A DNA stretch of 64,000 bases from Nitrospirota bacterium (GCA_015233365.1 JADFXU010000003.1:41307-105306), one strand, 5' to 3'; positions 31,541-41,271 are shown, counted from the first letter of the stretch. The notes: generated from the sequence alone by a model not told the origin. Made by a program: numbers and translations.

Positions 31541-31569
31541 TTTGTAGAACGATCGTTCCTAAATCTGAA
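31541..31569 (-). promoter_or_regulatory. promoter-like site with an embedded LexA (Cheo-type) box
   Basis: The minus strand reads TTCAGA-N17-TACAAA, and the 17-nt spacer contains GAACGATCGTTC (31547-31558). That 12-mer is identical to the core of the lexA operator at 61733-61744. Related palindromes are AAACGATCGTTT (31470-31481) and AAACGATAGTTG (31449-31460). Confidence 0.4.
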
Positions 31570-31612
31570 TGTTCTGTTCTATATTGCGGACTGATTGTTG
31601 TCAGGAGGGCAT

Positions 31613-32215
31613 TCAGACTTCGATTTCTACTGCTCCCTTTCTCAGCACAACGGGTTCGGAGCCGGAGACATCGACAATGGTTGAGGGCGATTCACTCCCT
31701 GATTCTCCGCCGTCGATGATCAAATCAACAGCATCGCCAAAGTAATTCAGCACCATCGATGCATTTTTGCCCGGGGACCTCCCTGAAATATTTGCGCTGG
31801 TCGCCGTGACCGGAAATCCCGAGGCCTTTGCAAGCCTCAGTGCGAACGATTCCCCGGGCATCCTGACCGCCACCTTGTTTTCATAGACAATGAAATGAGA
31901 GAGGCCCGGGCGTGCCTCGAGCAGCAGCGTAAGGGGACCGGGCCAGAATTTTCTCATCAATAGTACCGCGCTATCCGGGATTGACCGGGCCAGAATGGAA
32001 AGCTGCGCCATATCGCCAATGATCAGGGGCATGGCCTTTTGAAGGGGCCTCTGCTTTATAACGTATAATTTCTGCAATGCGGGACCCATATCATATTTTG
32101 CGCCGAGTCCGTAAAAAGTTTCGGTAGGATAAGAGATAATGCCGCCCTGGCGCAGCATTTGGACCGCGTCAGCCAGCACTTCTTCCAGGTTCTGCCCGGA
32201 GAGCTTTATCATCAT
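31613..32215 (-). CDS. tsaC: L-threonylcarbamoyladenylate synthase (YrdC/TsaC family)
   Basis: 200 aa. PTETFYGLGA, WPGPLTL and SANISG motifs of the YrdC/Sua5 domain. Confidence 0.85.
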   Translation of the reverse strand: MMIKLSGQNLEEVLADAVQMLRQGGIISYPTETFYGLGAKYDMGPALQKLYVIKQRPLQKAMPLIIGDMAQLSILARSIPDSAVLLMRKFWPGPLTLLLEARPGLSHFIVYENKVAVRMPGESFALRLAKASGFPVTATSANISGRSPGKNASMVLNYFGDAVDLIIDGGESGSESPSTIVDVSGSEPVVLRKGAVEIEV

Positions 32216-32868
32216 TTCTTCAGTATGTACGCCGCCTCATCTTTAATAAAAAGGTCCTTTTCATTTTGCGTTTCCCATTTCAATAAAAGCAGCGCCTGTT
32301 CATCACCTATACGGCCCAGGGCCACGGTTGCCTTGAGGCGGACAGCAAAATTACGGTCATGAAGCGCATTGCCCAAATAAGGAACAGCTTCGCGGGCGCG
32401 TATCCTGCCAAGTGATTCTATGGCAGTCTCCCGTATATACATAGTCGAATCATCAAGCGCATCGATAAGCGCATGAATTGACTTTTCATTAGCGTAACCG
32501 CCGAGTCCGGCAACCGCGTGCCATTTGATTGCAGGACAGGAATCGTACGAACCGTTTACCAGGGCAACAGTAACCATCGACTTCCCGCTTGCGGCCAGAG
32601 CGTCCAGCGCCCTGATCCGTATTCTCCAGTCTTCATACAGTTCATTAAACTCATTGATAAGAACCGTCAGCGATCTCTCGTCTTTCATACCGGCGAGTTT
32701 TTCTATAGCCGCTATCCTTTCTTCCTTATTGCCGTTCTTAACGTTTTCAACCAGGAGATCAAACCCGTCTTGAACCGCCGTCGCCCGCCCGGACAGTCCG
32801 GACAGCATAAATATAAATAATAGGACAGCCGCGACCAGTGCGGTGAACGTTTTTCCGACAGACGCCAT
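32212..32868 (-). CDS. secreted HEAT-repeat (PBS-lyase-like) protein
   Basis: 218 aa. Signal peptide followed by repeated xxxRxxAxxALGxIGD-type HEAT units. Confidence 0.7.
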   Translation of the reverse strand: MASVGKTFTALVAAVLLFIFMLSGLSGRATAVQDGFDLLVENVKNGNKEERIAAIEKLAGMKDERSLTVLINEFNELYEDWRIRIRALDALAASGKSMVTVALVNGSYDSCPAIKWHAVAGLGGYANEKSIHALIDALDDSTMYIRETAIESLGRIRAREAVPYLGNALHDRNFAVRLKATVALGRIGDEQALLLLKWETQNEKDLFIKDEAAYILKK

Positions 32869-32978
32869 ACACTTCCTCCTCTACGTCCATTTCCAGGATA
32901 TATTTGTGCACATCCTTTTTACTAGAATATCATAAATATTTAGAAACACGATATACGGCAATGCGTGCCTCAGAATTC

Positions 32979-33007
32979 TTGACGGTCCGGCTTTTTTATG
33001 CGATACT
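32979..33007 (+). promoter_or_regulatory. sigma-70-type promoter candidate for cysK
   Basis: TTGACG-N17-GATACT, followed by SD AAAGGAGG and ATG 33031. Confidence 0.4.
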
Positions 33008-33030
33008 GACACTATAAAAAGGAGGATATC

Positions 33031-33960
33031 ATGTCAAAGATTTTTGATGACATCACTAAGACTACTGGAAACACCCCCCTGGTAAGACTGAATCGCGTCA
33101 CAGCCGGTTTGCATGCCGGCATAATAGCCAAACTGGAATCGTTCAATCCACTTTCAAGCGTAAAAGACCGTATCGGCGTTGCCATGATAGAAGATGCAGA
33201 ACAAAAGGGACTGCTGAAAAACAATTCGGCAATTATTGAACCGACGAGCGGCAATACAGGCATTGCCCTTGCGTTTGCCGCTGCCGCAAAGGGATACAGA
33301 TTAATACTGACCATGCCTGATACCATGAGCATTGAAAGGAGACAACTCCTTCAGGTCTTCGGGGCTGAACTGCACCTGACCCCAGGGGCCGAGGGGATGA
33401 AAGGAGCCATCAAAAAAGCGGAAGAACTACTGAATGCCACGCCCGGAGCATTTATGCCGCAGCAGTTCAAAAACCCCGCCAATCCCGAAATACACCGGCT
33501 CACGACAGCGGAAGAAATATGGAACGACACGGACGGCGGCGTCGACATACTGGTGTCCGGAGTAGGCACCGGCGGTACAATAACCGGCGTTGCCGAAGTA
33601 ATCAGTGAGAGGAAGAAAGATTTCAAGGCGGTGGCGGTAGAGCCCGAAGCGTCTCCTGTGCTGTCGGGAGGCCAGGCAGGGCCGCACAAAATACAGGGAA
33701 TAGGCGCAGGGTTTGTCCCGGAAGTGCTGAATACGAGTATTATAGATGAAGTAATAAAGGTTTCGGACAAGAATGCCGGCATCTGCTCAAGGAGGCTTGC
33801 GAGGGAAGAGGGTATACTTGCCGGCATCTCCGGCGGGGCTGCATTATGGGCTGCGCTGCAGGTTGCGTCGAGGATAGAGAATAAAGGGAAAATGATTGTC
33901 GTGGTTCTGCCTGATACCGGTGAACGGTATCTCTCGACATGGCTTTTCAAAGAAGAGTAA
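33031..33960 (+). CDS. cysK: cysteine synthase A (O-acetylserine sulfhydrylase)
   Basis: 309 aa. [11 protein letters not shown], the PLP-lysine region [17 protein letters not shown] and [10 protein letters not shown]. Confidence 0.95.
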   Translation: MSKIFDDITKTTGNTPLVRLNRVTAGLHAGIIAKLESFNPLSSVKDRIGVAMIEDAEQKGLLKNNSAIIEPTSGNTGIALAFAAAAKGYRLILTMPDTMSIERRQLLQVFGAELHLTPGAEGMKGAIKKAEELLNATPGAFMPQQFKNPANPEIHRLTTAEEIWNDTDGGVDILVSGVGTGGTITGVAEVISERKKDFKAVAVEPEASPVLSGGQAGPHKIQGIGAGFVPEVLNTSIIDEVIKVSDKNAGICSRRLAREEGILAGISGGAALWAALQVASRIENKGKMIVVVLPDTGERYLSTWLFKEE

Positions 33961-34920
33961 ATCATCAGGACATTTATACATCATGACGGGGCCCTCGGTG
34001 ACGTGCTTCTTTCGCTGCCCTGCATCAAATTGCTCAAAAAAGATTCATCCTTTCTCCATATTGCGGGTCAGCCCGCGCAGATGAAATTATTGAAAGAAGC
34101 CGGATACGCTGATGAAGTTTCTGAGGCGGGAAGCGCTTTTTATTCCTCGCTTTACATGGCGACTGTGGAAGACAATACGAGGGAATTCCTTGAACGCTTC
34201 GATCGTGCATTTATCTTTACAGTCTCCCCCGACCGGATACCCGATATTAAAAAAACCATATGCGAGACGACGACTGTCGTCACTATTCCACCGCCCGGCG
34301 TAAGTACGCATGCGGCAGAATTCAGATTTAAACAGCTCGACCCGGAATTGACTATGCCGTCGCCGCTGCTGGACATCCCACCTGCACATCGGGGAAAAGC
34401 TGTGATGCTCCTCGCACAGTCCGGATATAGTCCGGGTCCCGCTCCGCTGATAACGCCCTTGATAGCACTGCACCCCGGCAGCGGTGCGAAAAGAAAATGC
34501 TGGCCACTCGAAAATTACTTTGAACTCATGAAAATCCTGGCAAAGAATTTCGATCCTTTTTTCATAATCCTGGCCGGGCCTGCTGAAGAGCCTTCAATAC
34601 GGACCAGGATAAAACAGTTCATTGAAGCATTTTTCGAAGATAGAAAAAAATCATTGTTTGTGAGCAATGAGGAATTGATCTCCGTTGCAGCAATGCTCCG
34701 CCAATGCCGCCTTTACATAGGCAACGATTCCGGCATAACACATCTGGCCGGAGCGGCAGGAAGTGCCTCGATAGCCCTTTTCGGCCCTACTGATCCGTCT
34801 TTATGGAGGCCCCAAGGCAGGAATGTGCACGTTGTCTCCCCGCCTTTTCCGGGCGGTCCCATATCAGCCATTACGGTAGCAGAGGTGTATGAGAAAGCGA
34901 GAGAGGTGCTTCCGGATTGA
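33961..34920 (+). CDS. glycosyltransferase family 9 (heptosyltransferase-like); start codon unresolved
   Basis: LHPGSGAKRKCWPLENY and GNDSGITHLAGAAG are GT9 motifs. The conserved N-terminal IIR...GALGDVLLSLP motif is encoded at 33961-34002, upstream of the first canonical start (GTG 34003) and directly after the in-frame cysK TAA. Confidence 0.7.
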   Translation: MIRTFIHHDGALGDVLLSLPCIKLLKKDSSFLHIAGQPAQMKLLKEAGYADEVSEAGSAFYSSLYMATVEDNTREFLERFDRAFIFTVSPDRIPDIKKTICETTTVVTIPPPGVSTHAAEFRFKQLDPELTMPSPLLDIPPAHRGKAVMLLAQSGYSPGPAPLITPLIALHPGSGAKRKCWPLENYFELMKILAKNFDPFFIILAGPAEEPSIRTRIKQFIEAFFEDRKKSLFVSNEELISVAAMLRQCRLYIGNDSGITHLAGAAGSASIALFGPTDPSLWRPQGRNVHVVSPPFPGGPISAITVAEVYEKAREVLPD

Positions 34921-36425
34921 AAAAAAGCAGTTGCGATTTCATAGTTTCATTGAATAACGCCGATGTCACAATCCAGGGTCGCACAGTTTTGTCCGGCATC
35001 ACATGGAAACTCAGGCGGGGCGAGCATTGGGCCTTTACCGGCGACAACGGCTCCGGGAAATCAACCCTGCTGAAACTTATCAGGGGTGAACTATGGCCGG
35101 ATGCAGGGAAATCCGTCACAAGGCAGTATTGTTTTGATGGTGAGGTGCAGGAAAGCCCGATAGGTATTAGAAAACGTATTGCCATTGTTTCCTCCGAATT
35201 GCAGGATGCCTACCACCGGAACAAATGGAACATGACCGGCCGCGAGGTCATTTACACCGGCTTTTTCGACAGTGCATGGCTTCATCAGGAACCATCCGGA
35301 GAGCAGAAAACAGAGGCGGAACGGATGTCGCACGCACTGAAGCTGGATAGCCTGCTGAACAGGAAGTTTCTTCAAATGTCCCAGGGTGAAGCCCGGAAAA
35401 TACTTATCGCCCGGGCTTTGGTCGCCCGTCCCGACGTACTGGCATTCGATGAGCCTTGCAACGGACTTGATATGTCCTCAAAAAGAAAAATCCTCGGTCT
35501 GATCGAAGAAATAGCCGCGGCCGGCACAACCGTACTATACGCCACTCACCGCATCGAAGAACTCATTCCGTCCATTACCCATGTCCTCACTATGGACTGC
35601 GGGAAAATAATCAAAAGCGTCAGGCTTCGGGCGTCAAGCGTCGGGCGCAAAAAGCAAAACAGTCATACATCGACTCACAGCGCCCTGCGCCCGATGCCCG
35701 ACAACACTCCTTTGAGGCTTGACGCTCCTTTGACAAGCAGTACTTCGAATTTTTTAATAAACATCAAACACGCCGACATATTCCTGAAACGCAAAAAGAT
35801 ATTGAGCGATATTTCCTGGGTCATGCGAAAGGGTGAGAACTGGGCTGTAATCGGCAGGAATGGCGCGGGCAAATCCACTCTGCTTAAACTGATAGCCGGG
35901 GACGTATACCCTGCCCTCGGCGGAAAAGTGCAGCGGTTCGGCGGAAAGGATAGCGAAGGCCTGCGGAACATACGGAAAAGAATCGCTGTCGTTTCTCCTG
36001 AATTGCAGCGCGATTACTCATACGGGATCAAAGGGGCGGACGTTGTTTTGTCAGGTTTTTTCTCCAGCATAGGACTATATGATAAGGCAACCCGGGACCA
36101 GAAGGACACGGCCCGGCACTGGATGGATTTCTTCAACCTGCTGCACCTCAGTGAACGGCCCATGTCCGGCCTGTCTTACGGCGAGCGGAAAAAGATACTT
36201 ATTGCCAGGGCCATGGTAAGCGGCCCCGACATACTTATACTCGACGAGCCGTGCAGCGGACTCGACAGGGCGGCACGCTCCGAGTTCCTTTCATTCATCA
36301 CGCAGGCCGCAGGCGCCGGAGTGGCCCTTATTGTGGCGACCCATCACCCCGACGAGATACCGGTCTCAATTACTCATATAATGATAATGGACAAAGGCAA
36401 GATTATTTCACAGAAGGCGTTATAG
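34917..36425 (+). CDS. tandem ABC ATPase (two ATP-binding cassettes, ModF-like), no cognate permease nearby
   Basis: 502 aa. Two Walker A motifs (GDNGSGKST, GRNGAGKST), two signature motifs (MSQGEAR, LSYGERK) and two Walker B motifs (LAFDEP, LILDEP). TTG start overlapping the GT9 stop. Confidence 0.85.
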   Translation: MKKSSCDFIVSLNNADVTIQGRTVLSGITWKLRRGEHWAFTGDNGSGKSTLLKLIRGELWPDAGKSVTRQYCFDGEVQESPIGIRKRIAIVSSELQDAYHRNKWNMTGREVIYTGFFDSAWLHQEPSGEQKTEAERMSHALKLDSLLNRKFLQMSQGEARKILIARALVARPDVLAFDEPCNGLDMSSKRKILGLIEEIAAAGTTVLYATHRIEELIPSITHVLTMDCGKIIKSVRLRASSVGRKKQNSHTSTHSALRPMPDNTPLRLDAPLTSSTSNFLINIKHADIFLKRKKILSDISWVMRKGENWAVIGRNGAGKSTLLKLIAGDVYPALGGKVQRFGGKDSEGLRNIRKRIAVVSPELQRDYSYGIKGADVVLSGFFSSIGLYDKATRDQKDTARHWMDFFNLLHLSERPMSGLSYGERKKILIARAMVSGPDILILDEPCSGLDRAARSEFLSFITQAAGAGVALIVATHHPDEIPVSITHIMIMDKGKIISQKAL

Positions 36426-37496
36426 CGTATCGGCTGGAATTATGGCGGTTATTGTTGTTCCCTTGCCCGGGCTGCCGTTTATCCTCAACTCGCCATTACA
36501 GATATATGCACGCTCTCTCATCCCCAAAAGACCGAACGAATTAGTTTTGATAAACAGGTCCTCCGGAATTCCAACACCGTTGTCGGCAATTTCAAGCATG
36601 ATAAAATTGGCCTGCCGGATCAATGCCGCCCTGACCTTCGTCGCCTTTGAATGGCGAAGCACATTTGTAAGGGCTTCCTGGAAAATCCTGAAAAGCACGG
36701 TAGACTGATCTTTGTCAGCAGTGATATTCTCGGGATTGATAGTGACTTCACATTCAATCCCGCTCTTCTTCTGAAATTCCCCGGCCTGCCACTCGATAGC
36801 GGCACCAAGACCCAGATAGTCGAGGATAGCGGGCCTCAACTCCGTACAAATCCTTTTTACGGCAACTATGATCGAATTAACAACATCCACTTCCGCTTTC
36901 ATCTGCTCCGCAACCGCGAAATTCCCGTTGTCCTTTCGAAGTCTTTCCGCCATGAGGGAGAGGTCGATTTTTAAAGCGGTAAGCGCCTGTCCGAGCTCAT
37001 CGTGTATTTCGCGCGCAATATTCGTTCTCTCTTCTTCCCTGGCTGACTGCAGATGAGCTGCAAGAGACCGCAATTGCTCATGAGATTTCTTCAGTTCCCC
37101 GGCTGCTTTCATGCGCTCCGACCGCTCGCTTGCTTCCCTTAAGGCCCTTTGAACGGAAGACGCCAGCCTTGCAATACCGGTTTTCAAAACATAGTCTATG
37201 GCGCCTTTTTTGAGAGTTTCGATGGCAAGCTCTTCGCCCATTTTCCCGGTAACAAAGATAAAAGGTATATCCGGGCATCTTTTTCTTGCAATATCAAGCG
37301 CGGAAAGGCCGTCGAAGTCCGGCAACGAAAAATCGGAAAGAATTATATCAAAGCTGCCCCCATCTATTGCCGTAACAAAATCATTGCGTGACATTACCTG
37401 GCTCACGTCACAGGCGATACCTTCCCCCTCAAGGGTCTCTTTAACCAGTTCGGCGTCAAGCTTATCATCTTCGATGTGCAGGATTCGCAGGGACAT
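36420..37496 (-). CDS. receiver-histidine kinase hybrid (REC + HisKA_3 + HATPase), paralog of 21345..22415
   Basis: 358 aa. ILHIEDD...ILSDFSLPDFDG receiver domain. It contains the same 22-aa H-box block [22 protein letters not shown] as the paralog. Confidence 0.85.
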   Translation of the reverse strand: MSLRILHIEDDKLDAELVKETLEGEGIACDVSQVMSRNDFVTAIDGGSFDIILSDFSLPDFDGLSALDIARKRCPDIPFIFVTGKMGEELAIETLKKGAIDYVLKTGIARLASSVQRALREASERSERMKAAGELKKSHEQLRSLAAHLQSAREEERTNIAREIHDELGQALTALKIDLSLMAERLRKDNGNFAVAEQMKAEVDVVNSIIVAVKRICTELRPAILDYLGLGAAIEWQAGEFQKKSGIECEVTINPENITADKDQSTVLFRIFQEALTNVLRHSKATKVRAALIRQANFIMLEIADNGVGIPEDLFIKTNSFGLLGMRERAYICNGELRINGSPGKGTTITAIIPADTL

Positions 37497-37526
37497 TATC
37501 TTATGATATCCTTCATGATATCAGGA

Positions 37527-37988
37527 CTACCGGGGTTTGCAGTAGCTTTCAGGCATCGTTTCATTGATTATCGCCCAGTACACCCCAGTCTCTTTGATAA
37601 CATCGAAAAACTGATTGAAATCGACCGGCTTCACCACGTATCCGTTAGCGCCGAGATCATATCCGGCAGCTATATCCTGATCTTCATGAGATGAAGTCAG
37701 GATCACAACCGGCACGCACCTGAGCGCCTCATCACTCTTGACCTGCCTGAGCACTTCAAAACCATTTACCTTGGGAAGCTTGAGATCAAGCAGCACTACC
37801 GCAGGATTTCCGCCCGTCCTGCCTGCGAACTTTCCACGGCGGTAGAAGTAATCCAATGCTTCTTCGCCGTCTCTCACAGCCACCACCTCATTGACTATAT
37901 TATTTGAGGCAAGGCTTGTCATTATAAGCTCTAAGTCATAAGGATCGTCTTCGACGAGTAAAATATGCCTCAATTCAGCCATTGTCAC
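37527..37988 (-). CDS. stand-alone receiver (CheY/Rcp1-like), paralog of 20899..21348
   Basis: 153 aa. ILLVEDDPYD...VVLLDLKLPKVNG...YVVKP. Confidence 0.9.
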   Translation of the reverse strand: MTMAELRHILLVEDDPYDLELIMTSLASNNIVNEVVAVRDGEEALDYFYRRGKFAGRTGGNPAVVLLDLKLPKVNGFEVLRQVKSDEALRCVPVVILTSSHEDQDIAAGYDLGANGYVVKPVDFNQFFDVIKETGVYWAIINETMPESYCKPR

Positions 37989-38038
37989 CTCGTTAAGCAG
38001 TTCGTTCAGGCTATTTATATTATATCAGTCCAACTTAA

Positions 38039-38089
38039 AGCACTTCAATTCATAAATACGGTCACACCGTATTCATGAACTGAAGTGCT
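38039..38089 (-). terminator. long stem-loop directly after the stop of the DHH-CBS-nucleotidyltransferase gene
   Basis: 23-nt arms (38039-38061 and 38067-38089) around a 5-nt loop. The two non-Watson-Crick positions are A/C on the plus strand but G-U on the minus-strand RNA, so the stem is complete only in the sense transcript. Only a short U-run (TTT) follows. Confidence 0.5.
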
Positions 38090-40712
38090 AAGTAATTGGA
38101 ACTTTTCCGTACAGCCTTTTAACAAAGCTCAACTCTTCCTCTTTGGTGGCAAGCCTGCCCATCAGTTTCTCATCCAGTATCTTCCCGAAAACTTCTGAAT
38201 AAACCGGCCCGGGCAAAAGGCCGAGGTCCTTCAGGTCGTCGCCTGTTACCGCAGACCGCACATTCCTCAGCTCAATAAGAAAGCGCGATATGGCCTTTTT
38301 CTTTTCGCTGTCCTGTGCCAGAGCCATGATGAACAGCATAACTTCAATATCGCAGTCTTTCAGAACATGATATATTTCCACCGGACTGTCCGGTTTGATC
38401 CTCATTATTATGCCCTGGGCGGTATTCAGTATCCTGAGAATACGTTCGCGGGGCTTCAGCGGAACGGCAAGTCTGCTGAGCGCGGATTCCTGGTCCGCCT
38501 TATTAAGCTTGTAAAGCAGCGCTGCCAGATAAAGCATCTCTTTTTCATAGTGCTCCTCCAAAAAAAGCAGCTCAAACCATGAGATGGCGTCGCGGACGGA
38601 CTGAAGAAAAGCTTCAAGGCCGGAGGAAAATCCGAGGGCCTGGTGAATGACCTTGAGAAGCCCGAAATCGCCCAATCTCTTCAACGCTTTTATAGGGTCG
38701 GTCTCCTTGAAAGTAAGCATAAGCTCGTCATACAGCCTTGAGCCGGACAGCTTCTCAAAAATGTTCATCCTGAGAGCAAGCTTGATAAGATTCTCCGTAT
38801 GTTTCGTAAGCTTGAAACTGAAGCGTTCAGAAAACCGTATGGCCCTGAATGCCCTTGTGGGGTCTTCAACGAAACTCAGGTTATGCAGTACCCTGATGAC
38901 CTTGTCCTTCAAATCACGCTGGCCCCCGAAGAAGTCCAGCAAGAGGCCTATGTTCCTTTTGTTCAGCTTTACTGCAAGGGTATTGATAGTGAAATCCCTG
39001 CGGTACAGGTCTTTCTTTATGGACGAGGTCTCCACCTTGGGCAGCGCTGCAGGCGATTCGTAATACTCGGTCCGCGCTGTGGCGACGTCGATCTTCAGCG
39101 AAGGCAGTATCACCTGCGCCGTGCCGAATTTCTGATGCACTGTAATCCTGGAAGCCGTCTTTTTCCCCAGGGTCCGGGCAAAGGAGATGCCGTCGCCCTC
39201 GACAACAATATCTATATCGAGGTTTTCCTCACCCCTCAACAGGTCACGAACACAGCCGCCCACAAGATACACGGCCATGCCGAGTTCATCACCCGCCTCA
39301 CCTGCCATAACAAGAAATTCATAAATGCGCGCCGGCAACTTTTCTCTGAGAAGACCTGCGATACTCCTGCCAAACCCTTTGTATGTCTCGCCTGTGCCCG
39401 GTTCACGCGCCGAAATCTTGCTCTTTCTCAAAAAATCCTCATAAAGCGACCGGAGCAAATCCGTCCTGGTCACCGCCCCGGCAATCTCATCCCCGCTCAG
39501 CACTGTGACGAACCTCTGATTATTCTCTATCATGTCCTTTTCAATTTCTGCAATGGGCGTATCGGGTCCGGTTGTCAGCGCATCGCTCGTAGCAAAATCC
39601 GAGCACCTGTTCCTCCCGAGTCCGTGAAAGAGCGCCTTCTCGACCACCCCCTTGGTGATGACTCCCCGAAACCTGCCTTCTTTCACTACCGGGAGGGCAT
39701 TGACACCGTAGCGCGTCATCACACGCTCCGCCTCCCTTATGCTGCTGTTCCACTGTACTACAATTACAGGCGTGGTCATTACATCACGCACCATTTTGGC
39801 CGGGCGTATATGCTTGCGCAACATGGCGGTCAACTTTTCTTCCAGGATCTCAAAAGGCATGTCTTTTATAGTGGCCGACGCTGCTTTGGCATGACCTCCG
39901 CCCCCAAATTGGGCCATTATAAGTGCTGCATCGATTTCGGGCACCCTGCTTCGCGCCACCATAAGGATTTTGTCCTGCATACCGATGAGCAATATGACGG
40001 CGTCGCCTTCTTCCATATTCATTATTTGATGTGCCAGGTGCGACACATCACCGAACCCCTCCATCCTGCCTTTGCCTATCTTGATCCGTATGCCCTGAAT
40101 AACGACCTCTTCAAGAGACTTCACCAACTCGTTCAAAAGCGCGAACTCTTCCCTGGAGATATCTTCCTTGAGAAAATCGGAAACAATATTGAGATTGGCG
40201 CCCCGCCTTATAAGATATGCCACTGCCAGAAGATCGCGCGGCGTGGTAGAGGCAAAAAGCAGAGAACCTGTTTCCTGGTATATCCCGAGACACAGGATGG
40301 TCGCTTCAAGTGGACTTAGGGGGATATTCTTTCTCAGGATGATCTCGGCAAAAATGGTCGAAAGCACACCCGTTGTGTCGATAACCTCCACCTCGCCTTT
40401 GATATCCTGCTTTGCAGGGGGATGGTGATCATAAATGTGTATCCTGACACCGGGCCTGGAAAGCAGTTCTTTAAAACTGCCGATACGATCGGGGTGCTTC
40501 GTATCGACAATGATCAGCCGCTTGACCTCCTCGAGCGAAATGTCCTTCAGCCTCCTGATCTCCACGGGCTGAAAAGCATCCACGAAGTCCCTCACCTTTT
40601 TTTCCATGGATCCCGGAAAGACAATAACAGCGTCGGGATAGAGCTTTTTAGCCGCGATGACCGAGGCAAGCGAGTCAAAATCGGTATTGATATGAGAGGT
40701 TATTACATCCAT
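38088..40712 (-). CDS. multidomain DHH-DHHA1 / tandem CBS / poly(A) polymerase-CCA-adding nucleotidyltransferase protein
   Basis: 874 aa. N-terminal ITSHINTDFDSLAS (DHH) and GGGH (DHHA1), two CBS domains, then LVGGCVRDLLRGEENLDIDIVV (PolyA_pol head domain) and a tRNA-NT C-terminal region. Confidence 0.85.
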   Translation of the reverse strand: MDVITSHINTDFDSLASVIAAKKLYPDAVIVFPGSMEKKVRDFVDAFQPVEIRRLKDISLEEVKRLIIVDTKHPDRIGSFKELLSRPGVRIHIYDHHPPAKQDIKGEVEVIDTTGVLSTIFAEIILRKNIPLSPLEATILCLGIYQETGSLLFASTTPRDLLAVAYLIRRGANLNIVSDFLKEDISREEFALLNELVKSLEEVVIQGIRIKIGKGRMEGFGDVSHLAHQIMNMEEGDAVILLIGMQDKILMVARSRVPEIDAALIMAQFGGGGHAKAASATIKDMPFEILEEKLTAMLRKHIRPAKMVRDVMTTPVIVVQWNSSIREAERVMTRYGVNALPVVKEGRFRGVITKGVVEKALFHGLGRNRCSDFATSDALTTGPDTPIAEIEKDMIENNQRFVTVLSGDEIAGAVTRTDLLRSLYEDFLRKSKISAREPGTGETYKGFGRSIAGLLREKLPARIYEFLVMAGEAGDELGMAVYLVGGCVRDLLRGEENLDIDIVVEGDGISFARTLGKKTASRITVHQKFGTAQVILPSLKIDVATARTEYYESPAALPKVETSSIKKDLYRRDFTINTLAVKLNKRNIGLLLDFFGGQRDLKDKVIRVLHNLSFVEDPTRAFRAIRFSERFSFKLTKHTENLIKLALRMNIFEKLSGSRLYDELMLTFKETDPIKALKRLGDFGLLKVIHQALGFSSGLEAFLQSVRDAISWFELLFLEEHYEKEMLYLAALLYKLNKADQESALSRLAVPLKPRERILRILNTAQGIIMRIKPDSPVEIYHVLKDCDIEVMLFIMALAQDSEKKKAISRFLIELRNVRSAVTGDDLKDLGLLPGPVYSEVFGKILDEKLMGRLATKEEELSFVKRLYGKVPIT

Positions 40713-40782
40713 AAAGCATAGGATACCACAGTTTACAAGGTCTGCGGCTAAACCTATTTGTATATTCTCCGATAATATCTAA

Positions 40783-41271
40783 GTGATTAAACGCAGGTCT
40801 GTAATCTACGGGACAATAACAGTTCTCCTGATATTGACGGCGATGACGCTTATGTCGCCGACAGTTGCATACTGTTCTGCAGGAACCAACTGGGTGCTTA
40901 TTGCAAGAAGTGCCGGCAATAAGGATTTTTATATCGACTCAACCACTCTTAAGTATTGCTTATCAAAAATAAAATTACAAATGAAAGAGGAACAGATTGC
41001 AACAGCATGGTTCAAGATAGTTACGGATAAAAACAGGAAGGGCGGCAAAAAAACGGCCGGCCCGGCAGAAAAATATATTAATCAGCAAGTGTCTTATGCA
41101 AAAGCCCTTATTCAGACAGACTGCTACGATTCCACATTGAGAGTCCTTGTCATTTATCTTTTTGATAAAAATGACAAAATGACTTACAGGATTGAGACGT
41201 TGTCATCGAAGTTTGAAGAGATACCCCAGGGGTGCGTCTTCGAGGACATTAAAGACATCATCTGCAGATGA
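40783..41271 (+). CDS. secreted hypothetical protein, surface-adhesin-E-like pattern (paralog-like to 11310..11726)
   Basis: 162 aa, GTG start, signal peptide. NWVLIA...DFYIDSTTLKY...AWFKIV...IQTDCYDSTLRVL pattern. Confidence 0.5.
   Translation: MIKRRSVIYGTITVLLILTAMTLMSPTVAYCSAGTNWVLIARSAGNKDFYIDSTTLKYCLSKIKLQMKEEQIATAWFKIVTDKNRKGGKKTAGPAEKYINQQVSYAKALIQTDCYDSTLRVLVIYLFDKNDKMTYRIETLSSKFEEIPQGCVFEDIKDIICR

Noticed and set aside
38799-40319. Long antisense ORFs: this 506-aa one, plus 25478..26404, 24323..25234, 43728..44594, 15803..16444, 33351..33965, 61126..61728, 1345..2157 and 36..467.
   Set aside because: Each lies entirely opposite a gene with strong family motifs (the CCA-type enzyme, lon, GOGAT, TrmH, cysK, lexA, amrB, alr). 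Their translations are low-complexity or Arg/Ser/Pro-rich with no recognisable motifs. These are typical shadow ORFs.
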